IMG/VR virus record: IMGVR_UViG_3300020045_006039
Coordinates: 1 to 50,855 of that record
DNA from: a virus
Taxonomy: Duplodnaviria > Caudoviricetes
Direction: 5' to 3' (one strand)
Length of the DNA: 50,855 nt
Both the position numbers and the translations under genes were made by a program. Each line of letters opens with the position of its first letter. Positions within the stretch are counted from its first letter, which is position 1. Below, piece by piece: positions 27,970-34,888 of the stretch. Under the pieces are notes generated by a model. The model ran no database searches, was not told the DNA's origin, and was given only the letters and a program-made list of their open reading frames with translations.

Positions 27970-28271
27970 GCCTCATCCTTAACCCAATGATTAGCCACAT
28001 CGATTGGCGTTGTCTTGATCGGCTTACGATGCGCCTTTGGATCGAGCGCCGGATCGTAATCAGGTGTTGGCTTGCCGTGTTGCCGCCGATAGCGATAATG
28101 CAACGTCGGTATCAGCGCGGCTTGCTTGAGCGTGATCTCTTGCCCCGATCGAATCGCGTCAGATACGCACCGCACAAAGCGCTTATCGAACGAACCGACC
28201 GCGAAGGTGCATCGGCGCAAGTCTCCAAGTAGTGATTTTTCCATGCCTGTGGCGAGTCGTTTGTCGCTCAT
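27966..28271 (-). CDS. Hypothetical phage protein
   Basis: ATGA-coupled ORF. Confidence 0.6.
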   Translation of the reverse strand: MSDKRLATGMEKSLLGDLRRCTFAVGSFDKRFVRCVSDAIRSGQEITLKQAALIPTLHYRYRRQHGKPTPDYDPALDPKAHRKPIKTTPIDVANHWVKDEA

Positions 28272-28810
28272 GCCTTCAACTCCTCGATCATCTTTGCCAG
28301 GAGTTTGATCACGCCCTCAAACTCTTTGCGCTGATAACTGGGCACATCTTCCAGCATCTTTTCAGCAGACGAATGTAGCCGGTTCAGTTTGCGCCCCCAC
28401 CTCGATCGATATTCGGTCGGCTCTTGTTCGCTCTCGATATAATCCGCCATCGACTCAGGCGACCAGCCTTCTTGTTTCGCCGCCGCCAAGTAGCCGATCG
28501 CCTCAAGCGGGCCAAACTCGTACCGCTTGATCGCCTGCCCCAACTTCCAAAAGTGGGCATAGGGCAGACAAAAACGAAGTTCCGACGTTTGCGGTAGTTC
28601 GCGCCGGAGCGACAGATACACCACCGCCGCCGCTGCCATACGCTCGATCGTGTCCACTGAGCGACGCAAGCGCAACGCCAGCCCGATCGTATCGCCGCGC
28701 TGGTACTCACCGACGATCCGCCGCGCCGCAAAGCACACGCCCCACTGTGCCGCGTCACCATTGCCTGCGTGATGGACAGCGCGTTCGATGAAGTAGGCCG
28801 CGCCGGTCAT
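28268..28810 (-). CDS. Hypothetical helical protein (possibly DNA-binding)
   Basis: ATGA-coupled start (MTGAAYFIE...). Confidence 0.55.
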   Translation of the reverse strand: MTGAAYFIERAVHHAGNGDAAQWGVCFAARRIVGEYQRGDTIGLALRLRRSVDTIERMAAAAVVYLSLRRELPQTSELRFCLPYAHFWKLGQAIKRYEFGPLEAIGYLAAAKQEGWSPESMADYIESEQEPTEYRSRWGRKLNRLHSSAEKMLEDVPSYQRKEFEGVIKLLAKMIEELKA

Positions 28811-29193
28811 GCCGTCACGCTTTCGATCTCTATCAAGTTCGCGATCTCGGGTGGGAGCGCAATGCGAGGATAAGGTTTGCCAACAACTGATCGGTAGCAT
28901 TTTCTAAACCACTTCTTAGCAGATTGATACTCGATCGAGTTGGCTAAAATGGGCAGAGACAAGCCCGTCCATATTTCCGGCCTGCGATTTGCTTCTGATA
29001 ACAACTTTCGCGCTAATCCGTAGGGCAGATCATCCCCTAACCCGTAGCCCGATCGAACGTGCGTAATTGTCCAGCCTACGTCATGCTCAAGCGATCGGTG
29101 CAATGCCAACTCGCCGTGAACATCAGCCGAAATTTTAATTTTCATTTGTCGGCGCGAATTGCCATGCAAAATAGAAATTGTTTGTTTGCTCAT
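28807..29193 (-). CDS. Hypothetical protein
   Basis: ATGA-coupled ORF. Confidence 0.55.
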   Translation of the reverse strand: MSKQTISILHGNSRRQMKIKISADVHGELALHRSLEHDVGWTITHVRSGYGLGDDLPYGLARKLLSEANRRPEIWTGLSLPILANSIEYQSAKKWFRKCYRSVVGKPYPRIALPPEIANLIEIESVTA

Positions 29194-29744
29194 CCCGCCT
29201 CGCTTTCGTCCGCGCCGCCGCGCAACGACGCAGGCAGGATAGACCGTAATTCACCGATCGGAATGTTTGGTAGATACTTTGCCTTGAACTCAGTAAGCGT
29301 CATGGCTGATATTTTGTCGGCAGAGTCGGGTAGCACCGCCGCCAGTTGATCGGCTAAGTGGTGCAACGTTTCAATAACCGTTTGATCATCAACCATGCCG
29401 AGGATACCTTGAACATCGCTCAGACTTTGATCAATGACTCCCCGTAGTTCGCCTATGATTTCGCTAGACTCTTCTGATTCGCTTGTCAACACGCTGACTA
29501 GATCGTCCGCCGCCTCCGCCCGCCGCACGGCGGCGGACAGCGCGCGTTCGAGTGCGGCCTCGCGGCGGAACTTCCACATGATGCGGCGAAATGTCTTTTT
29601 CTTTTTCGTAAACGGAAGTTGCCGATAGTAAAATTTCCACCTTGCCTGAGCGTTACTGCTCGCGCTCCGCGTCTCATTGCGCTTGCGGATCGCGTCGAGA
29701 TCGGGCGCGGCGGTTTCGGGCGGGCGGTTCGGTTGGCCGGTCAT
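29190..29744 (-). CDS. Hypothetical mosaic coiled-coil protein
   Basis: ATGA-coupled; alternating GC-rich and AT-rich blocks. Confidence 0.55.
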   Translation of the reverse strand: MTGQPNRPPETAAPDLDAIRKRNETRSASSNAQARWKFYYRQLPFTKKKKTFRRIMWKFRREAALERALSAAVRRAEAADDLVSVLTSESEESSEIIGELRGVIDQSLSDVQGILGMVDDQTVIETLHHLADQLAAVLPDSADKISAMTLTEFKAKYLPNIPIGELRSILPASLRGGADESEAG

Positions 29745-30082
29745 CTGGTTTGTCCTTTCGTCTCGCCTTCATCCGCCGCCGTGAGTGGCGCGTCTGGAAC
29801 GTAATCAGCAAGCCATTTACAAATTTGCCTGATTGACGCTTCGCCTATATTGTGAATATCCCAAAGTTTACCATTCAGTAAATCACGGTATACGGCCTGC
29901 TTATCAATTACGCAATTTGTCCAATATGAATCTAGGTCGATAATATACTTAGCACGATACAAAGCCCTTGCAACTTTTACCGATAGTCCAGATTTATCAA
30001 AGTACGATCCATCCTTCGACCTTTTGCCAGATCGGTTTTTCGATATTTCGTATAACTCGTCTGCCTTTGTCTTAATTGCCAT
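29741..30082 (-). CDS. Hypothetical protein (helix-hairpin-helix-like C-terminus)
   Basis: 'LSVKVARALYRA...IHNIGEASIRQI'. Confidence 0.5.
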   Translation of the reverse strand: MAIKTKADELYEISKNRSGKRSKDGSYFDKSGLSVKVARALYRAKYIIDLDSYWTNCVIDKQAVYRDLLNGKLWDIHNIGEASIRQICKWLADYVPDAPLTAADEGETKGQTR

Positions 30083-30326
30083 TGTCGCTCTCCACCGCCA
30101 ATTCGACGCGCGGCCATGCCGACCAGTCGTTGACCCTGCCATCAACTCTTGCGCCGTTTCGTTCGCAGAAGTCCGGCAAGTCGTTAAGCATGACGCGCTG
30201 TACCGACTGCGGCTTGACCGGCGCGATCGGCGTCGAGGTCGTGCGGTCGATAATCGGCGTACCCTGCCAGTAGTTGATCATGTCACGCCGCGCTTGATCG
30301 GCGTTGGGGTTGGGCTTGACGTTCAT
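30072..30326 (-). CDS. Hypothetical protein
   Basis: ATGA-coupled start (MNVKPNP...). Confidence 0.45.
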   Translation of the reverse strand: MNVKPNPNADQARRDMINYWQGTPIIDRTTSTPIAPVKPQSVQRVMLNDLPDFCERNGARVDGRVNDWSAWPRVELAVESDNGN

Positions 30327-30781
30327 AGCAGCGCCGCCTGTCGCTCGATCGTTTCCGGCAGGCCCCAACCCGCGCGCCATTCCCGATCGAGTTTGGCGAG
30401 ATAGGCCGTCTGCCCGATCCGCTTGAGTTCGGCCATTTCGAGTTTGTATTCTTTTTCGGCCTGATCAAACTCAGCGTCGGTATAAACGCGCGTCGGCGGC
30501 TTTGTCTTTTCGATCTCTTCCAGATGCTGCCAGCCAACCGAGCGCCAGAACCCACACCACAGAAACGCATAGCAGATTTCAGCGTACCAGAGATTGCGGG
30601 TGTTCTCGCTTTTGAACGATACGATATACGCCTCCTCCCACTCTCGGACGTTGCTCTTGCCGGTCGGCCAACCGCTCGCGTCGAGTTCGGCGCGGATGAC
30701 GCGGCCTGCGATCGGCAGGGTCTTGAGTGTATCAAACTCCTCTTGCGAAAAGAGGATCGAGACTTCGGTCATTTTCTTCAT
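30323..30781 (-). CDS. Hypothetical protein
   Basis: ATGA-coupled start (MKKMTEV...). Confidence 0.55.
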   Translation of the reverse strand: MKKMTEVSILFSQEEFDTLKTLPIAGRVIRAELDASGWPTGKSNVREWEEAYIVSFKSENTRNLWYAEICYAFLWCGFWRSVGWQHLEEIEKTKPPTRVYTDAEFDQAEKEYKLEMAELKRIGQTAYLAKLDREWRAGWGLPETIERQAALL

Positions 30782-31212
30782 GCTATCTCGATCTCCCCTC
30801 TGCGATACGCCCGCAACATTTTCAGCGCATAAGTATCGGCGTCTCTCTCGCTGAATTGGCCGCGAGCGCCCCACACACGCCAGCCGCGCGGATGCTTGGC
30901 TTGCCACAGATGGCGGAGTTCGTGCGCTGTCACGGTTAGCAATGCCTCAAGCCGACTGTAAAATACCATCGGCAGATATGCGCCATGCTCAGGCACAACG
31001 ATCGGGTATTTGTCGTCCTTGCCGATCGAGACAATGACCAGCGGCGCGGCGGTGGCGTGATACGCACAACCCTCACTGTAGGCCATGCCCCGATACGCGC
31101 CGCGACAATTCTTGATCGAAATATCGAAGCCGCTTACATCGGCGGGCTTGACTGCCCGAATGATGGCGCGGATCGTTTCGTCTGGAATGTCGGTATAGTT
31201 TTTGAGTTTCAT
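30778..31212 (-). CDS. Zincin-like metallopeptidase
   Basis: HExxH (AHELRH) plus downstream 'ERDADTYA'. Confidence 0.7.
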   Translation of the reverse strand: MKLKNYTDIPDETIRAIIRAVKPADVSGFDISIKNCRGAYRGMAYSEGCAYHATAAPLVIVSIGKDDKYPIVVPEHGAYLPMVFYSRLEALLTVTAHELRHLWQAKHPRGWRVWGARGQFSERDADTYALKMLRAYRRGEIEIA

Positions 31213-32669
31213 GCCTTCACCCCCTGCGGCGCGGGCAGCGCCTCGATCGCCGCGATTCGCTTACCAAGCCATTCCGAGCACGGCACGGCGACCGCATTGC
31301 CAGTTTGCCGATAGCGGGTTGAATCACTTTGACCCGCCGTATGGTTATCGGGGAAGCCCTGCAAGCGTTCGCACTCGATCGGCATCAATCGACGAACGCC
31401 CATGCTACCCGCGATAGCATCCTCGCGGCCTGACAGTTGAGCGATACCGTCCTTGCGATGAATAACAGTTCGATCACTACCGCCCATAAATGGATCGAAG
31501 GCGATGATCGGATTCTGATAATTCAAAGAATGACCGCCCGTCTTTTTGCTTTGCAGTGTACCGCTGATACCGTCAGGTTGCTCTCGCATATTTCGCACAT
31601 CGATCGCGGAGACAATAAAAGTTTCTTCTGACCCATCTCCTAGCCTCTGATTCTTTGCCGTCAATGCTTTGGCGATATAGTTCTGCTGTTTCATGCCTGC
31701 CTCAGCCGATAACGCACCGACGATAGCGCCATCGCCGTTGATCATTCGTACTTCGTCGCGGGTGTTTTGCTGAAAGGCTACCGCATGAACTTCGCTGGAA
31801 TTAAGAGTGTAACTCGAACCGTCGGTAATCACCTCGCCATACTGCGGGCCGTTCTGAGGCTCACGACCTATCGACGCGCCTTTTATAACCGCGATCATCT
31901 TTTCGGCTTCGGTTCGTGCGTTGCCCGTGCGACTTGTTCCAGCGCCGCTTGCAGGAATGGCGGCAACAATTTGCCGCGCTTCTCGGCTCGGCGCAGAATC
32001 CCACGCGCCGCTTTCTGACTCAAATAATACTTGCGCGGCGCGTCCGCTTCCAAGACTTCCGACAATGAACACACGGCGGCGGCGCTGGGCCACTCCAAAG
32101 TATTGAGCGTCAAGTATCCGCCACGCGACGCCATACCCGCATTCGACCAACCCGCGAAGGATAACGGCAAAATCTTGTCCGCCGTTGCTGGATAAAAGAC
32201 CGGGGACGTTCTCGATAACAACCCATCGCGGGTTAAGGTCTGCAAGAATGCGATGGAACTCAAACCATAGTCCGCTTCGCTTTCCAGCCAATCCCGCGCG
32301 GAGTCCGGCCACCGATACGTCTTGACAGGGGAATCCTCCGCAAATAAGATCAACTGCTTCGACTGCTTGGCTGTTGATTTCTTTGACATCGTTAATCCTT
32401 TGGGTGTGGGGATAATGACGCTCTAAAACTTTTTCAGTTGATCGCCCGTAATTATTCAACTCCGCCCACTTCGATTTTATTTTCTTGACTTGCTTTGGCG
32501 ATGTTGCCGCTTCAATCTCTGCGTTGTGCTCAGACAGCGCATAGGGAGATTCGTCAGGACGGAATAGATCGCACTGAAAAGCGCAACGCATTCCAGCGCG
32601 ATCGAAGCCGACATCGAATCCGCCAATGCCTGTAAACAAACTACCGTAAGTAAGTGGCCTACCAGTCAT
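31209..32669 (-). CDS. dcm: DNA (cytosine-5) methyltransferase
   Basis: Motifs I (LFTGIGG), IV (GFPCQ), VI (ENV), VIII (QRRRR), IX (RRLMPIECERLQGFP) and X (GNAV). Confidence 0.95.
   Translation of the reverse strand: MTGRPLTYGSLFTGIGGFDVGFDRAGMRCAFQCDLFRPDESPYALSEHNAEIEAATSPKQVKKIKSKWAELNNYGRSTEKVLERHYPHTQRINDVKEINSQAVEAVDLICGGFPCQDVSVAGLRAGLAGKRSGLWFEFHRILADLNPRWVVIENVPGLLSSNGGQDFAVILRGLVECGYGVAWRILDAQYFGVAQRRRRVFIVGSLGSGRAAQVLFESESGAWDSAPSREARQIVAAIPASGAGTSRTGNARTEAEKMIAVIKGASIGREPQNGPQYGEVITDGSSYTLNSSEVHAVAFQQNTRDEVRMINGDGAIVGALSAEAGMKQQNYIAKALTAKNQRLGDGSEETFIVSAIDVRNMREQPDGISGTLQSKKTGGHSLNYQNPIIAFDPFMGGSDRTVIHRKDGIAQLSGREDAIAGSMGVRRLMPIECERLQGFPDNHTAGQSDSTRYRQTGNAVAVPCSEWLGKRIAAIEALPAPQGVKA
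31895..32389 (-). CDS. Overprinted +1-frame protein inside the C5 MTase (putative accessory subunit)
   Basis: Own SD AAGGA 7 nt before ATG; 164 codons open; 'CSLSEVLEADAPRKYYLS..AARGILRRAEKRGK.LP'. Confidence 0.6.
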   Translation of the reverse strand: MSKKSTAKQSKQLILFAEDSPVKTYRWPDSARDWLESEADYGLSSIAFLQTLTRDGLLSRTSPVFYPATADKILPLSFAGWSNAGMASRGGYLTLNTLEWPSAAAVCSLSEVLEADAPRKYYLSQKAARGILRRAEKRGKLLPPFLQAALEQVARATHEPKPKR

Positions 32670-32700
32670 TGATAGTTACCCATGCTTGGATGCGACATAT

Positions 32701-32834
32701 AAAAAAACCGCCTCACTCAGATTTGTTTCTCAGGCAAATCGGCAGGACGGTTAAGTCTTGGAGTAAGGCGGTTTGGTAAAACCTATTATTCAATTGACAA
32801 CAAAAAACCGCCTAAAACCGTTCGCCTGAGATGA
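32701..32834 (-). ncRNA. Attenuator/antisense-type leader RNA upstream of dcm
   Basis: Terminator stem 32705-32718/32761-32774 with U7; the 5' end is complementary to three internal segments. Confidence 0.65.
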
Positions 32835-32838
32835 CTTA

Positions 32839-32866
32839 ATTATATTCAGATCGCGCTAGAAGTCAA
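32839..32866 (-). promoter_or_regulatory. Sigma70-type promoter of dcm
   Basis: TTGACT-N16-TATAAT. Confidence 0.75.
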
Positions 32867-32911
32867 GAAGCAATTTCAATAAATCAGGAAAGACTATATC
32901 TATTCCCGCCG

Positions 32912-33307
32912 CTACTTCTCCCCGCCCCTCACCGCGTCCAGCCCCAGCCGCCCGCGCCGCACGTTCCACGCATCGGCGCAGCGAATGAGCCGCAGGGCGT
33001 GCGCGGCGTCGGCCTCGTTGCGGTTGCGGACGCGCAGCACGCGGATGCCGCTCGTCACATAGTCCAGTTCGTCGCGTTCCTTGTCGCGCGCCCGATCGTG
33101 TTCCGGGCCGTCTACCTCGATCGCAATGCCTAAGCGTGCATTCCAGAAGTCGAAGATACGATAGCCCCATACGGCTTGTCGTGTCCAGCGGTAGCCGGTC
33201 GCCCTCAACTTGTCGCGCAGCCAGTTTTCGTTCGGGTTGCGGCGGGCTAGTTCGAGGTTCTGCGCGCGGCGGCGTTGCATGTGGGGGGTTATCGGTTGTG
33301 GGGTCAT
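32912..33307 (-). CDS. DUF559/Vsr-like endonuclease
   Basis: 'IFDFW...IAIEVDGPEH...DKERDE...GIRVLRV.N'. Confidence 0.85.
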   Translation of the reverse strand: MTPQPITPHMQRRRAQNLELARRNPNENWLRDKLRATGYRWTRQAVWGYRIFDFWNARLGIAIEVDGPEHDRARDKERDELDYVTSGIRVLRVRNRNEADAAHALRLIRCADAWNVRRGRLGLDAVRGGEK

Positions 33308-33510
33308 GCAACAGCCCTTTTTAGTTCATCGAATATCTCGTTCTTGATTTCATCCTCGATGTCGTGCCACCACCAATCGAACCCCTTGCGACTATTGAGA
33401 ACTTTGTAAGCCCTCCAAGCGCGTTGAGTTTCCAAGTCTTGTCGGCCTATCTTTTCATCATAGTTCTGAGTGCCGTCATACATCAGTTCGTACAGATCTA
33501 TAAAGTTCAT
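33304..33510 (-). CDS. Hypothetical protein (68 aa)
   Basis: ATGA overlap with the RNase H stop (MNFIDLYE...). Confidence 0.55.
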   Translation of the reverse strand: MNFIDLYELMYDGTQNYDEKIGRQDLETQRAWRAYKVLNSRKGFDWWWHDIEDEIKNEIFDELKRAVA

Positions 33511-33902
33511 TGTCCCAACCTCGCCATATTCGACAACTCGTCGCACCGTTCGTTTTCGGGATGGCCGGTATGCCCGCGTATCCATTCGGTCGTGACGCGG
33601 TGCTGACTGACCAACGACTTGATCCGCAACAGTAGTTCGATATTCGCCTTCGGTTTCTTCATGCCTTCGATCGCCTTCTGTGTGTACTCGCTGTCTGTCC
33701 AGATCGTCACGTCGTGCGGCCCGCCCTTGAGTGCCGATAGCGCCTCGATCACGGCGGTCAATTCGGCGGTGTTGTTCGTGGCGATCGGTAGCCGTCCGCT
33801 GATCTCTTTCGTCTGCCCGTTGGCTTTCAGGATCGCCGCCCAGCCGCCTGTACCGCCAGGGTTCGGCCATACGCTGCCGTCGGTGTAGATGTCGATGTGC
33901 AT
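33507..33902 (-). CDS. rnhA: Ribonuclease HI
   Basis: All catalytic motifs present: YTDGS, NNTAEL, TDSEY, WIRGH, NERCD. Confidence 0.95.
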   Translation of the reverse strand: MHIDIYTDGSVWPNPGGTGGWAAILKANGQTKEISGRLPIATNNTAELTAVIEALSALKGGPHDVTIWTDSEYTQKAIEGMKKPKANIELLLRIKSLVSQHRVTTEWIRGHTGHPENERCDELSNMARLGQ

Positions 33903-33960
33903 TTGTTCGTTGTCCTTTCAGGTAGTTTGTTTTGGATAATCATTGTTGTGGTGTATGCGT

Positions 33961-34256
33961 AATCCTCCTATCACATGATCAATGGTGCCGATCACGGATA
34001 GAAGGATTGATCGATAATCACCGCCGTGGAGTGCTTTACAGGAACACTCACCCGATGCCGTGGCTACGTGTGCCACAAACGATCCAGCCGCCGCTTACAA
34101 GAGACTCAACGCGCTCAGGTGGTTGAATTTACCGCGTAGCCATTCGGCTTCGTCTCTTGCATCCTGCCCAAAGGCAAACCGACGGAGGTTAACATGTTGA
34201 TCTGAGTCGGCGGATTTGGATACTTGCACACGGACTTTGACGCGGTGATCAACCGC
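33961..34256 (-). ncRNA. Large multi-stem non-coding RNA upstream of rnhA
   Basis: At least seven stems in a gap with no credible ORF; their mismatches resolve as G-U pairs on the minus strand. Confidence 0.65.
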
Positions 34257-34271
34257 AGTATTGATCAGTCG

Positions 34272-34280
34272 TGCTATAAT
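34272..34280 (+). promoter_or_regulatory. Extended -10 promoter of the antisense sRNA
   Basis: TGCTATAAT. Confidence 0.65.
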
Positions 34281-34285
34281 TTAGT

Positions 34286-34362
34286 TGTGAGTGTGCAGAC
34301 TCACAGCGTTGTAAAACGCGAACGGCGGCTACTGACTTACGTCAGCGGTCGCCGTGTCGTTT
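34286..34362 (+). ncRNA. ~77-nt three-hairpin antisense RNA
   Basis: SL1 34286-34305, SL2 34306-34319 (GUAA loop), SL3 34322-34355 (G-U pairs on +). Confidence 0.65.
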
Positions 34363-34888
34363 AATGTTGCTTATACGGGTTAGACTCTGCGATCTGTAAA
34401 TACAAGTTGCCGCTACATCCATCGCTAACCCCGCATTTCCAGTCACACTTCACTTGTATCTTGACTTCCATCTTGACTAAAATATCAAGCCCGCTAATTT
34501 GCATTTGCTTATCTTCAACAATTTCAGGCGCGGCGTTCATGGGGAACAGGCCGCGATTCAATAAGACCCTAACAACTTCAACTGCTTTGTTACCCTTTGA
34601 TGTTGTGTTGTCCGCCTTGTTAAAATCAACCGCTGCAACCACGTCGGCGGGGATGTCCACAACTCGCAAGCCATCAATGTCGAAAGGCGGGACAAGCAGC
34701 CCCATCGCCGTTAAAATCGATCCGGTGTAAGCTGGTGCTTCGTGGTAGTGATGAGACTTAATTGCCCGCACAGCACTAGATGTCTGAAATACATAAACAC
34801 ACTCACCAACTACTGAGACATGCGCCCGCAGATCGCTCTTTTCTTGAAGTATTCCATATTCAAACAGGCTCATGCTTGATTTCCCCAC
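34361..34888 (-). CDS. Restriction-endonuclease-fold (PD-(D/E)xK-like) protein
   Basis: 'QISGLDIL...KIQVKCD...GNLYLQ'; overlaps the MT-A70 stop. Confidence 0.55.
   Translation of the reverse strand: MGKSSMSLFEYGILQEKSDLRAHVSVVGECVYVFQTSSAVRAIKSHHYHEAPAYTGSILTAMGLLVPPFDIDGLRVVDIPADVVAAVDFNKADNTTSKGNKAVEVVRVLLNRGLFPMNAAPEIVEDKQMQISGLDILVKMEVKIQVKCDWKCGVSDGCSGNLYLQIAESNPYKQH

Noticed and set aside
33511-33870. 188-aa ORF 33304..33870 overlapping rnhA
   Set aside because: The upstream part is an Arg-rich alternative frame of rnhA; the plausible gene starts at the ATGA overlap at 33510.
33903-34360. Retron msr/msd or DGR template next to RNase H
   Set aside because: No reverse transcriptase in the genome and no template/variable repeat pair seen.
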